The notes under the pieces were generated by a model. It saw nothing but the letters and a program-made list of their open reading frames with translations, did no database searches and was not told the DNA's origin. The position numbers were made by a program, and so were the translations under genes. A stretch of DNA of 64,000 nucleotides, taken from assembly GCA_963716745.1 (NCBI GenBank), contig OY970320.1, positions 3,008,001-3,072,000 on the forward strand, written 5' to 3'. Every line of letters starts with the position of its first letter. Position 1 is the stretch's first letter. This DNA is from an uncultured Gemmatimonadaceae bacterium. GTDB lineage: Bacteria > Gemmatimonadota > Gemmatimonadetes > Gemmatimonadales > Gemmatimonadaceae. This document shows, piece by piece, positions 19,634 through 29,651 of the stretch.

Positions 19634-21143
19634 ATGCTCGCCGCCGTCCGGTCCGCCGCCGTCATCGGGATCAATGCGTACGACGTGACGGTGGAGGTCG
19701 ACGCGGCCACCGGGCTCCCGCAATTCACGATCGTGGGCCTGCCGGCCGGCGCGGTGAAAGAGAGCCGCGAACGCGTGGGCGCGGCGCTCGTGAACTCCGG
19801 CTTCGCGGTGCCGCCGCGCCGGATCACGGTGAATCTCGCGCCCGCCGACATTCGCAAGGATGGCACCGCCTTCGATCTCCCGATCGCGCTCGGCATCCTC
19901 GTCGCGACGAAGCAGCTCGATGCCACCGCGTTGACCCATCTCGCCGCCGTGGGCGAACTCGGACTGGATGGTTCGCTGCGCGCGATCCGTGGCGCCCTGC
20001 CCATCGCGCGGCGCGTTGCGCCGACGGGCCTCACTTTGGTGCTGCCGCCCGCGAACACCGCGGAGGCCTCGTTGGTGAGCGCGGTGTCTCTTTCGGCGCC
20101 GCGTACGCTCGAGGAACTGGTCGTTGCGCTCCGAGCCGGCCGAGCGCCTACCGCCGAGCGCCTAGTGCCGCGGTCCGCTTCCTCAGCCGGATCCTCCCGA
20201 CCTCGCCGACGTCGTGGGCCAAGCGGCCGCGAAACGCGCGCTCGAGATCGCGGCGGCCGGCGGGCACAACCTCGTGATGGTGGGCCCGCCCGGCGCGGGG
20301 AAGACGATGCTCGCGCGGCGGCTTCCGGGGATCCTGCCGGCGCTGAGCGAGAGCGAAGCGCTCGAAGTGACGGCCATCCACTCGGTGGCCGGATTGCTCA
20401 CGCCTGGATCACCGCTCGCGATCGCGCGTCCGTTCCGCGCACCGCACCACACGATCAGCGACGCCGGGCTGATCGGTGGCGGCTCGCCCCCGCGCCCGGG
20501 CGAAGTGAGCCTGGCGCACCACGGTGTGCTCTTCCTGGACGAGCTGCTCGAGTTCCGGCGGCACGTGGTGGAATCGCTGCGCCAGCCGCTCGAGGACGGG
20601 CACGTGACGATCGCGCGCGCGACAATGGCGGTGATGTTCCCGGCGCGATTCACGTTGGTGGGCGCGATGAACCCGTGTCCGTGCGGCGCCGCGGGGGATC
20701 CGTCGCGCAGCTGTGCGTGCTCGGCGTCGGAGATCGCGCACTATCGCGCGCGCCTCTCGGGACCAATGACGGACCGCGTGGACATGCACGTGCACGTCGG
20801 TGCGGTGAGTGTGCGCGCGCTCGGCGAGGGCGTGGCGGGAGAGCGGAGCGCGGATGTGCGTGCGCGCGTGGAGGCGGCGCGCGAGCGCCAGCGCACGCGC
20901 TTTTGCGGAGTTCCGGGCGTTGGCGCGAACGCGCACGCGCCGCCCCGCTGGCTGGACCGCAACGGCGGCGTGACGACGGAAGCGCGCGAGCTGTTGGCCG
21001 GTGCGGCTGAGCGACTGGAGTTCACGGCGCGGGCATATCACCGGGTGCTGCGTGTGGCGCGCACGATAGCTGACCTGGACGGGAGTTCTGAGGTCCAGCC
21101 CGAGCATGTCGCGGAAGCGATAGGATATCGCGCGACGAGATGA
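19634..21143 (+). CDS. comM: YifB/ComM Mg-chelatase-related AAA+ ATPase, frameshift near 20190
   Basis: FTIVGLP..AVKESRERV, VNLAPAD.RK.G..FDLPIA, GPPGAGKT, RPFRAPHH, LFLDE, AMNPCPCG. Confidence 0.93.
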
Positions 21144-21160
21144 ACGTCGTAACCACAGAC

Positions 21161-21284
21161 GGCGTGTTGGAACCGCCGACGGCGGAACTGGTACCGCGAG
21201 AGGCGCGTTAGCGTTGGGACGTGCCGTACCCAACGCCAGTTCCAACGCGCCGTTCGCGGTACTACCACGCCGTCAGCGGTTCCA
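21161..21284. other. long bulged intergenic fold-back with alternative pairings
   Basis: 21168-21184/21268-21284, 21191-21209/21244-21262, 21211-21221/21225-21236. Confidence 0.7.
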
Positions 21285-21306
21285 GTCCCGCTCTTAGCGT
21301 TTGGAA

Positions 21307-21335
21307 TTGCCAACGGGTGAGTTGTTCCGTATTTC
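21307..21335 (+). promoter_or_regulatory. candidate sigma70 promoter of hydroxyproline operon (near-leaderless)
   Basis: TTGCCA-17 nt-TATTTC, 7 nt before ATG 21343; no SD. Confidence 0.45.
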
Positions 21336-21342
21336 TCTCGCT

Positions 21343-22791
21343 ATGAGTTCCGCGCCCCAACTCGCATCCATCATCGCTGGCGCCGCGCGAAAGAGCGGTG
21401 GCGACGGGTGGATCGATTCCGTAAATCCGTCGGATGCGTCAGACATCGTCGCGCGCGTGCCCGAGGGCGCGCCGGACGATGTGCATGCAGCGCTGCGCGC
21501 CGCGGGCGACGCGTACCCGGCGTGGCGCGCGCTCACCGGAATGCAGCGCGCCGAGCATTTGCACAAATGGGCGGAGGTGGTGGCGCAGCGCCAAGAGGAT
21601 CTCGCGCAAGCGATGGTTCGCGAGGTCGGGAAGCCAGTAGCGGAAGCGCGCGGCGAGGCGGCTCGTGCCGTGGTGATCCTCCGCTACTATGCCGGCGAAG
21701 CGGTGCGGCCGAGCGGCACCGTGATCCCGTCGCAGGCCGCTGGCGCGATGCAGTTCGCGCTTCAGGAGCCGCTCGGCATCGCGGCGCTCATCACGCCGTG
21801 GAATTTCCCCGTCGCCATTCCTCTCTGGAAAGCGGCGCCGGCGCTCGCGTTCGGGAACACGGTGGTGCTCAAACCGAGCGAGATGGCGTCGCACGTCGCG
21901 ACGCTGCTCGCGGAAACGGCGATCGCGGCCGGGCTCCCCGCGGGCGTGTTCAACGTGCTGCTCGGTTCAGGCGTGATGGCGGGAGAGATCTTGATCAGCC
22001 AGCCACAGGTGCGGCTGGTGAGCTTCACGGGCTCGATGAAAGTGGGGACGCGCGTCGCGACGATCGCGGCGAAGCGCAATGCGCGGTTCCAGACGGAGAT
22101 GGGCGGGAAGAATGTGGCCATCGTACTGCCCGACGCGGACATTGCGCAGGCGGCGTCGCTCATCGCGGCGGGCGCGATGCGCTATGCCGGGCAGAAATGC
22201 ACGGCCACGAGCCGCGTGATCGTCGAGAAATCGGTCGAAGGGAAGTTCCTCGACGCGCTGCGCGCGCAAGTGGCGGCGCTCGTGCTCGGTCCGGTGAGCG
22301 ACGCGAAAGCCGCGATCGGACCGCTCATCAGCGAGGCGAGCCGCGCGAACATCCGCACCGTGCTCGACGCCGCGAAGGCGGAAGCGGTGTACGCGGGCGA
22401 GATCCCCAAGAGCGCCGAGTTCGCGAAGGGCTATTGGATGGCGCCCATGGTGTTGCGCGGCGGATCGCCCGACGCGGACCTCGCGCAGCGCGAACTGTTC
22501 GGTCCCGTGCTGGCGACATTCACCGCCGACGATCTCGACCACGCCCTCGCGCTCGCGAACGGCACGCCGTACGGATTGAGCGCATCGTTGTTCACGCGCG
22601 ACCTGCGTGCGGCGCTCGCGTACATTCCGCGCATCCACGCGGGGCTCGTCCGCGTGAACGCCGACACGACCGGCGTGGATCCGCACGCGCCGTTCGGCGG
22701 CACGAAAGGCTCCAGCTCCGGATCGCGCGAGCAAGGTCCCGCCGCGCGTGAGTTCTACACCGAGACGAAGACGGTCCAGATCAACCCGTGA
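21343..22791 (+). CDS. aldehyde dehydrogenase, probably alpha-ketoglutaric semialdehyde dehydrogenase
   Basis: ITPWNFP, KPSE, FTGS, EMGGKN, GQKCTA, ELFGP; specificity from operon context. Confidence 0.88.
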   Translation: MSSAPQLASIIAGAARKSGGDGWIDSVNPSDASDIVARVPEGAPDDVHAALRAAGDAYPAWRALTGMQRAEHLHKWAEVVAQRQEDLAQAMVREVGKPVAEARGEAARAVVILRYYAGEAVRPSGTVIPSQAAGAMQFALQEPLGIAALITPWNFPVAIPLWKAAPALAFGNTVVLKPSEMASHVATLLAETAIAAGLPAGVFNVLLGSGVMAGEILISQPQVRLVSFTGSMKVGTRVATIAAKRNARFQTEMGGKNVAIVLPDADIAQAASLIAAGAMRYAGQKCTATSRVIVEKSVEGKFLDALRAQVAALVLGPVSDAKAAIGPLISEASRANIRTVLDAAKAEAVYAGEIPKSAEFAKGYWMAPMVLRGGSPDADLAQRELFGPVLATFTADDLDHALALANGTPYGLSASLFTRDLRAALAYIPRIHAGLVRVNADTTGVDPHAPFGGTKGSSSGSREQGPAAREFYTETKTVQINP

Positions 22792-23711
22792 CGGAGACCA
22801 GGATGCGGCAGAGCGACTGGCAGGGCGTCTTCCCGGCGATCACCACGCCCTTCGACGAGACCCTCGCGGTGGACCACGCGGCGCTCAAGGCGCACGTCGC
22901 GTGGCTGGCGCAAACAGGTTCGCGCGGCATCGTCGCGCTCGGTTCGCTCGGCGAAGGCGCGACACTCTCATACGATGAGAAGGTCGCCGTGCTCAAGAGT
23001 TGCAAGGCCGGCGCGGGCAGCGGCACGCCGGTGGTGGCGGGGATCGCGGCGCTCTCCACCGCCGAGGCCGTGTCGTTGGCGAGAGACGCGGAGAAAGCCG
23101 GATGCGACGGCCTCATGGTGCTGCCGCCGTACGTCTACCAGGGCGACGAGCGCGAGACCGCGGCGCATTTCCAGGCGGTGCTCGCCGCCACGCCGCTCTC
23201 GTGCATGCTCTACAACAATCCGATCGCATACGGCACCGACGTCACGCCGGCGCAGCTCGCGGTGCTCGTGCGCCACGCGAACTTGCACGCGGTGAAGGAC
23301 TCGAGCGGCGATGTGCGGCGTCTCACCGCGATCGGCGAGGAACTCGGCGCGCGATTGCGCGTGTTCGTGGGTCTCGACGATCTGATCCTCGAAGGCGTGG
23401 GCGCCGGGGCGGTGGGTTGGGTGGCCGGCCTCGTGAATGCGCTGCCGGAGGAGACCGTGCGGCTGTTCGATCTCGCGGCGGCGGGGAAGCGCGAGGAGGC
23501 GCGCGCGCTCTATCACTGGTTCCTGCCGCTCCTGCGGCTCGACACCGGCAAGAAGTTCGTGCAACTCATCAAGCTGGTGCAGCAACTCGTGGATCGCGGG
23601 AGCGAGCGCGTGCGCCCGCCACGGCTCGAACTCGCGGGCGCGGAGCGCGAGGAGGCGCTCGCGCTCATCCGCGCGCAATTGGCGTCGCGGCCGGGTGGCG
23701 GCAAGCGATGA
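22788..23711 (+). CDS. DapA-like protein, probable pyrroline-4-hydroxy-2-carboxylate deaminase (LhpC type)
   Basis: GVFPAITTPF, GSLGE, LYNNP, KDSSG; adjacent to Hyp epimerase. Confidence 0.85.
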   Translation: MTETRMRQSDWQGVFPAITTPFDETLAVDHAALKAHVAWLAQTGSRGIVALGSLGEGATLSYDEKVAVLKSCKAGAGSGTPVVAGIAALSTAEAVSLARDAEKAGCDGLMVLPPYVYQGDERETAAHFQAVLAATPLSCMLYNNPIAYGTDVTPAQLAVLVRHANLHAVKDSSGDVRRLTAIGEELGARLRVFVGLDDLILEGVGAGAVGWVAGLVNALPEETVRLFDLAAAGKREEARALYHWFLPLLRLDTGKKFVQLIKLVQQLVDRGSERVRPPRLELAGAEREEALALIRAQLASRPGGGKR

Positions 23712-24670
23712 ATAACAACGTCTGGTTCCCCGAATCGATCTCGGTGGTGGATTCGCACACCGAGGGGGAACCGACGCGCGTCGTGATCGCGGGGTGGCCG
23801 ATGCCCGACGGCGGCACGATGCTCGAGCGGCGCGAGACGCTGCGGCGCCGGTTCGATCATCTGCGGCGCGCGGTGGTGCTCGAGCCGCGCGGACACGATG
23901 CGATCGTCGGCGCGCTGCTCACGCCGCCCGTGTCGTCCGACGCCGTGGCCGGCGTCGTGTTCTTCAACGATGTGGGATACCTCGGCATGTGCGGCCACGG
24001 ACTCATCGGCGTGGTGCGCACGCTCGAACATCTCGGACGCCTCACTGGCGGCGCAGTGAAAGTCGATACGCCGGCGGGCACCGTGCGCGCCGAGATCGAG
24101 AGCGACGGCCGCGTGACCATCGAGAACGTGGCGTCGTACCGGCACGCCGCCGACGTAGAAGTCGAGGTGCCGGGGATGGGACGCGTGCGCGGCGACGTCG
24201 CGTACGGCGGCAATTGGTTCTTCCTCACGGAGATCGGCGAGCCCGCGATCGACGGCGCGAACGTGGGCGCGCTCATGCGATCGAGCACCGCGATCCGTAC
24301 GGCGCTCAAGGCGCATGGCGTCACTGGCGCCGACGGTGCGGAGATCGATCACGTGGAGCTGTTCGGCGCGCCGGGCCGTTTCGATGCCGACAGCCGCAAC
24401 TTCGTGCTCTGTCCCGGCGGCGCATACGACCGCTCGCCGTGCGGCACCGGCACGAGCGCGAAGATGGCGGCGTTGCACGCGCGCGGCGCGCTCGCGGTGG
24501 GCGAGCGTTACGTGCAGGAGAGCATCACCGGCAGCACGTTCACCGGCTGGCTCACGGAGCGCGGCGACGCGCTCGTGCCGCACATCAGCGGCCGCGCGTT
24601 CATCACGGCGGAGTCCACGCTGCGCTTCGATCATCGCGATCCTTTCCGCGGCGGGTGGCGGGCGCAGTGA
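23708..24670 (+). CDS. proline racemase family, probable 4-hydroxyproline 2-epimerase
   Basis: DSHTEGEPTR, EPRGH, MCGHG, YGGNWF, DRSPCGTG (Cys/Cys dyad). Confidence 0.92.
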   Translation: MNNNVWFPESISVVDSHTEGEPTRVVIAGWPMPDGGTMLERRETLRRRFDHLRRAVVLEPRGHDAIVGALLTPPVSSDAVAGVVFFNDVGYLGMCGHGLIGVVRTLEHLGRLTGGAVKVDTPAGTVRAEIESDGRVTIENVASYRHAADVEVEVPGMGRVRGDVAYGGNWFFLTEIGEPAIDGANVGALMRSSTAIRTALKAHGVTGADGAEIDHVELFGAPGRFDADSRNFVLCPGGAYDRSPCGTGTSAKMAALHARGALAVGERYVQESITGSTFTGWLTERGDALVPHISGRAFITAESTLRFDHRDPFRGGWRAQ

Positions 24671-25821
24671 CGGCTGGCGCCGCGCCCGATGCGGTGGTGA
24701 TCGGAGCGGGCGTGGTGGGTGCGGCGTGCGCCGAGGCGCTCTCCGCCGGCGGACTGCGCGTGCTCGTGCTCGATGCGGGCTTCGCGGGCGGCGGCACGAC
24801 CGGCGCCGGCATGGGGCACATTACGGTCATGGATGATTCACCGGCGCAGCTCGCGCTCACCGCGTGGTCGCGCGCGCGCTGGGCCGAGCTGGCGCGCGAG
24901 ATGCCGCCCGTGTGCGAGGACACGCGCGCGGGCACGCTGTGGGTGGCGGCGAGCGCGGCGGAGATGGATGCGGTGCACGCGAAGCGCATCTCGTACGCGG
25001 GCGCCGGCGTCGCGAGCGAGGTGCTCGACGCGCGCGCGCTCGCGAGCGCGGAGCCGTCGCTGCGCGCGGGGCTCGCGGGTGCGCTGCTCGTGCCCGACGA
25101 CCGGATCCTTTATCCGCCCACGGCGGCGCGGTGGCTGCTGGAGCGCGCGGTGGCGCGCGGCGCCGTGGTGCGCGAGCACTGTGACGTGGTGTCGGTGGCA
25201 TCGGGATCGGTGGTGGTACGCGGCGAACGCGGCGACAAGGGGACCTCCGAACGGATCGCATGCGGCGTCATCGTGAACGCGGCGGGCATCGACGCGCCGC
25301 GCCTGACGCCCGGACTGTCGGTGATCCCACGCAAAGGTCATCTCGTCATCACCGAGCGGCACGACGGCGTGTGCCATCACCAGCTGGTGGAACTCGGCTA
25401 TCTCACGAGCGCGCACACGATGCATGCCGAGTCCACCGCGTTCAATGTGCAGCCGCGGCCCACGGGACAACTGCTCATCGGCTCGAGTCGCGAACTCGTG
25501 GGGCGCGACGCGTCGGTGAATCGCCGCGTGCTCGGGCGCATGTTGGCGCGCGCGGTGGAATTCATCCCGTCGCTCGCGCGGATGACGGCGCTCCGCGTGT
25601 GGACCGGGTTCCGCCCCGCGACGCCGGACAGTCTGCCGCTCATTGGTGCGTGGCCCGGCGCGCGCGGCGTGTGGGTCGCGGCGGGACACGAGGGCCTCGG
25701 CATCACCTCGGCGACGGGCACTGCCGCGATCATCGCGGCCGGGATCCTCGGCACGCCGTCGCCGCTCGATGCTTCGGCGTTCGATCCGGCGCGCACGATG
25801 CCGGAGACGGCCGCGGCATGA
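24667..25821 (+). CDS. FAD-dependent D-amino acid oxidase family, probable D-hydroxyproline dehydrogenase catalytic subunit
   Basis: VIGAGVVG, TTGAGMG, PRKGH, WTGFRP.TPD.LP.IG, GHEGLG. Confidence 0.87.
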   Translation: MTAGAAPDAVVIGAGVVGAACAEALSAGGLRVLVLDAGFAGGGTTGAGMGHITVMDDSPAQLALTAWSRARWAELAREMPPVCEDTRAGTLWVAASAAEMDAVHAKRISYAGAGVASEVLDARALASAEPSLRAGLAGALLVPDDRILYPPTAARWLLERAVARGAVVREHCDVVSVASGSVVVRGERGDKGTSERIACGVIVNAAGIDAPRLTPGLSVIPRKGHLVITERHDGVCHHQLVELGYLTSAHTMHAESTAFNVQPRPTGQLLIGSSRELVGRDASVNRRVLGRMLARAVEFIPSLARMTALRVWTGFRPATPDSLPLIGAWPGARGVWVAAGHEGLGITSATGTAAIIAAGILGTPSPLDASAFDPARTMPETAAA

Positions 25822-26073
25822 GCAGCGGCATGACGATCACGGTGGATGGCCGCGAGGTGAGCGCGGCGCCCGGCACGACGATCGCCGCGGCGATTGATGA
25901 ACGCGGGGATCGCCGCCTTCCGCACGTCGGTGAACGGCGAACCACGCGGACCGGTGTGCGGCATGGGGATCTGCTTCGAGTGCCGCGTCACCGTGAACGG
26001 TGCGGCGCACCAGCGCGCGTGCCTGATCGTGTGCGAGGCCGGAATGCGCGTAGAGACAGGGCGCGCGCGATGA
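25818..26073 (+). CDS. 2Fe-2S subunit of D-hydroxyproline dehydrogenase, frameshift near 25895
   Basis: ITVDGREV...TIAAA then R.SV.GEPRGPVCGMGICFECRVTVNG..RAC in shifted frame. Confidence 0.85.
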
Positions 26074-27340
26074 CCGATCGCATCGAAGCGGACATCGCGG
26101 TGATCGGCGCCGGCCCCGCGGGACTCGCGGCCGCCGTGCACGCGGCGCGGAGGGGACGCTCGGTCGTGCTGCTGGATCGCGCCGCCGTCTTCGGGCGGGC
26201 AGATCTGGCGCAGCGGCGCCGGCACGCCGATGCCGCGCGCGGCTCGGCGCTGGGCGGAACGGCTCGTGCGCGCAGGTGTGCGCGTGATCGCCGTCGCCGA
26301 GGTGATCGATGCGGTTCCGCTCGAGGGAGTGACGGCGCTCATACCCAGCGGCACAGTGCGCGTGCGCGCGCGGGACATCGTGCTCGCGACCGGCGCGCGC
26401 GAACTGTTCCTGCCGTTCCCCGGATGGACGCTGCCCAACGTGATGGGCGTCGGCGGCCTGCAAGCGCTCGTGAAGAGCGGCTACGAAGTGCGCGGCAAGC
26501 GCGTTGTTATCGCGGGATCCGGGCCTTTGCTGCTGCCGGTGGCGGCGACGCTCGCCACGCGCGGCGCGCTGCTCGCGATCGTCGCCGAGCAAACGCCTAC
26601 GGAGAGACTCAACGCCTTCGCGCGATCGCTCTGGCGCGCGCCGTGGCAGCTGGTGGAGGCGGCGCGCCTGCGGGCCGGCTTTTGGCGGACGCCCTATCGC
26701 GCCGGCACGTGGGTATCGCGCGCGAGCGGCGAGTCGGCGTTGCAGGAAGTGACGCTCACCGACGGTCACCGCGAGTGGCGCGAATCATGCGATCTGCTTG
26801 CGTGCGGCTTTGGACTGGTGCCGAACACGGAGCTCGCGCGGTGGCTCGGCTGCGCCGTGGATGCGCATGGCATCGTGGTGAACCGCGACCAGGCTACGAG
26901 TGTGCGCGGCGTGTTCGCGGCGGGCGAATGCACCGGTGTGGCCGGCGCCGCCGAGGCGGTGGCGGAGGGCGCGCGTGCGGGCAACGCGCTCGCGTCAGCG
27001 ACGGGAGATCGCCGCCGCGAGCGGTACGCGCATGCCGGATTCGGGATCGTATCGCGCGCGGATCGCGGCCGCGTTCGCGCCACGGCGCGAATTGCGCGCG
27101 CTCGCGGCGGCGGAGGTGGTGCTGTGCCGCTGCGAGGATGTGAAATGCAGTGCGCTCGCCGGCACGCGCGACGCGCGCGAAGCGAAATTGCACACGCGCG
27201 TCGGCATGGGGGCGTGCCAGGGGCGCGTGTGCGGCGCCGCGCTGGAGTGGCTCTACGATTGGGCGCCGGCCGCCGCGCGCGTGCCGCTCGCACCCGCGAC
27301 CGTCGGAGCGCTCGCGTCGCTCGAGGAAAGCGGCGCGTGA
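26070..27340 (+). CDS. NAD(P)/FAD-dependent oxidoreductase subunit, frameshifts near 26180 and 27040
   Basis: VIGAGPAGLAAA, LATGARELFLPFPGWTLP, FAAGE, CRCEDV, GMGACQGRVC. Confidence 0.85.
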
Positions 27341-27365
27341 CCGCACTTCCCACCACCCGCCGCGC

Positions 27366-27374
27366 TGGTACGTT
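27366..27374 (+). promoter_or_regulatory. candidate extended -10, leaderless larE
   Basis: TGG-TACGTT-TCATCA-ATG. Confidence 0.45.
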
Positions 27375-27380
27375 TCATCA

Positions 27381-28232
27381 ATGACCGCCACCGCCGTTCG
27401 CACCGGGATCTCCGCCGCGGAGAAGGAAGCCCGCCTGCTCGCATGGCTGAACGCGCAGCCGTCGGTGCTCGTGGGATTCAGCGGCGGCGTGGACAGCGCG
27501 TATCTCGCGTGCGCCGCTGTCGAGGCGCTGGGCCCGTCGCGCGTGCTCGCGGTGATCGGGCGCAGCGCGAGCTATCCCGCGGAACAGTGGGCGATGGCGC
27601 GCGATGTGGCGTCACGCGCGGGACTGCCGGTGCTCGAGGTGGACACGCACGAGCTCGCCGATCCGCGCTACGCCGCCAATCCGAGTGACCGTTGCTATTT
27701 CTGCAAGACGGAACTCTGGACCGTGCTCGGCAAGATCGCGAGCGAACGCGGCATCGCCATGATCGTGGACGGCACGAACGCCGACGATCTCGTCGACTGG
27801 CGGCCCGGCGCGCGCGCCGCAGCGGAGCACTCTGTGTGCTCGCCACTCGCCGAGTTCGGTTTCACGAAGGCCGAGATCCGCGCGCTCTCGGAACGCCGCG
27901 GCATCCCCACGTGGTCGCAGCCCTCGTCGCCATGCCTCTCATCGCGGTTGCCGTATGGCACGCCGGTAACGACCGAGCGGCTCGCGCAGGTGGAGCGCGC
28001 CGAGCGCGCGCTGCGCGCCCTCGGGATCGCGGGCGATCTGCGTGTGCGCCATCACGGCGATCTCGCGCGCGTGGAGCTCGCGCCGGCGCTGGTGAGCGAG
28101 TGGCTCGCGCCCGACCGGCATCGCGCACTCCGCGCCGCGGTGCGCGGCGCGGGGTTCGCGCGCGTCGCGCTCGACCTGCGGGGCTTCCGCTCGGGCTCGC
28201 TCAACGTGCTGGCCGGCGTGCGCGGCGAATGA
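27381..28232 (+). CDS. larE: ATP-dependent sulfur transferase LarE (PP-loop)
   Basis: FSGGVDS, RCYFCK, DGTNADD...RPG, PCLSSR.PYG, RVRHHG, GFRSGSLN. Confidence 0.9.
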   Translation: MTATAVRTGISAAEKEARLLAWLNAQPSVLVGFSGGVDSAYLACAAVEALGPSRVLAVIGRSASYPAEQWAMARDVASRAGLPVLEVDTHELADPRYAANPSDRCYFCKTELWTVLGKIASERGIAMIVDGTNADDLVDWRPGARAAAEHSVCSPLAEFGFTKAEIRALSERRGIPTWSQPSSPCLSSRLPYGTPVTTERLAQVERAERALRALGIAGDLRVRHHGDLARVELAPALVSEWLAPDRHRALRAAVRGAGFARVALDLRGFRSGSLNVLAGVRGE

Positions 28233-28453
28233 GCGACGAGTCGCTCGCCGGTGCGCTGGCCGCTTTGCTGCCGGGCGCGGCAGTGGAGGAGCGCGGCACG
28301 CTCGCGATCGTCACTCTGCGGGACGCCGCGCCGCTGATCGACGCGGCCCTGCGCGAGCGGGCGCTCGCGTTCGCCCGGGCGCATGGCGTGACGCATCTCG
28401 CACTCGAACTCGCGGATGATGGCGGCGACGCAGCGCATCTTCCTCGCGATTAA
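28229..28453 (+). CDS. small hypothetical protein resembling the LarE C-terminal subdomain
   Basis: ATGA overlap with larE; 74 aa MSDESLAGALAALL...VEERGTLAIV...AHGVTHLALEL. Confidence 0.6.
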   Translation: MSDESLAGALAALLPGAAVEERGTLAIVTLRDAAPLIDAALRERALAFARAHGVTHLALELADDGGDAAHLPRD

Positions 28454-28997
28454 TCTTCCCGCCGCCGAGCGGCGCGCGATCCACGAGGCCACCTCGCCGC
28501 TCCGCGACGCGGCCGCTGCGGTGGCCTGGGTGGCGGAAGCGAAGCTGCATCTCACGCTCAAGTTCCTTGGCGCGCAGCCGGCCGCGGCAGTCGAGGCGCT
28601 GCGCGCGACGCTCGCACCGGCGATGATGGCCGCGCCGGCACCCGCGCTCAGCATCGGCGGCCTCGGCGCGTTCCCGGACCTCGCGAAGCCGCGCGTCGTG
28701 TGGATGGGGGTGGAGGCAGACGCCAAGCTGGAACTGCTCCACCACGACATCGAATCGGTGTGCGGCGCTCTGGGGTATGAGATGGAGGGCCGGGCATTCC
28801 GTCCGCACATCACGCTCGGGCGCGTGCGCGATGAGTTGGCGCCGGAGGCGGCGCGCGCGCTCGCCGCGGCGGCGCGCGGCGTGCATCACCGCGCGCGATG
28901 CGGGGCGAGGTCGGTGGAGATCATGGAGAGCACGCTCGCGGCGAGCGGATCCGCGTACCGGACCGTCGCGTCGCTGCGATTGCACGAGGGAGGATGA
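28416..28997 (+). CDS. thpR: RNA 2',3'-cyclic phosphodiesterase (2H family)
   Basis: RIFLAI, HLTLKFLG, GAFP...PRVVW, FRPHITLGR. Confidence 0.92.
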   Translation: MMAATQRIFLAINLPAAERRAIHEATSPLRDAAAAVAWVAEAKLHLTLKFLGAQPAAAVEALRATLAPAMMAAPAPALSIGGLGAFPDLAKPRVVWMGVEADAKLELLHHDIESVCGALGYEMEGRAFRPHITLGRVRDELAPEAARALAAAARGVHHRARCGARSVEIMESTLAASGSAYRTVASLRLHEGG

Positions 28998-29651
28998 TGG
29001 GCTGCCTGAAACGGCTCGGTTGTGTGGTCGTGGTCGTCGTGCTCGCCGCGTTCGCGTGGATGATGCGCGATACGTGGATGGCTCGGCGGCACGCCGTGCC
29101 GGCGCACGCGCAGCGCGGCCTCTTCCGAGACGCACTGGGAGATCATGACGCCGCTCGGATCCGATCGCGCGCAGGCGCAGCTCGACTCGATGCAACGCCC
29201 CGTGGGTCCCGTGTTCGCGAACCTCGCGCCGGGCGACCTCGCCGCACTCATCTTCAAGGAATTGCGTCCGCAGCTTCCGGAGTCGGCGGACCCCACGGTA
29301 GCCGCGGTGATCGGCGATCACCTGTTCGTGAATGCCACCATCCAGCTCAAGGACATCGGACCGGACAACGATCTTGGGCCGCTGGCGCCGGTGCTGGCGC
29401 AGCGCACGAAGATGGAGTTCGGCGGCACGCTCGATGTCGTGCGCGCGGGTGTTGCGGAGTACCGCGTGACGTCGCTCAAGCTCGGCGACCTGCAGGTGCC
29501 GGGCCCGATGATCCCGCGCGTGCTCGACCATCTGAACCGGACGCGCGTCGTTGGCATGTCGCCGGACGCGTTGCCCTTCGCGGTGCCGAAATACATCGCC
29601 GACGTGCGCGTGCACAGCGATCGCATCACCATCTATCGGAGCGGCCCGTGA
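28994..29651 (+). CDS. membrane-anchored hypothetical protein, frameshift near 29110
   Basis: MGCLKRLGCVVVVVVLAAFAW TM start after GGAGG RBS; continues in ORF 29145..29651. Confidence 0.65.

Noticed and set aside
19634..21143. Mg-chelatase subunit as evidence of phototrophy
   Set aside because: Motifs are those of the widespread YifB/ComM family, not BchI/BchD
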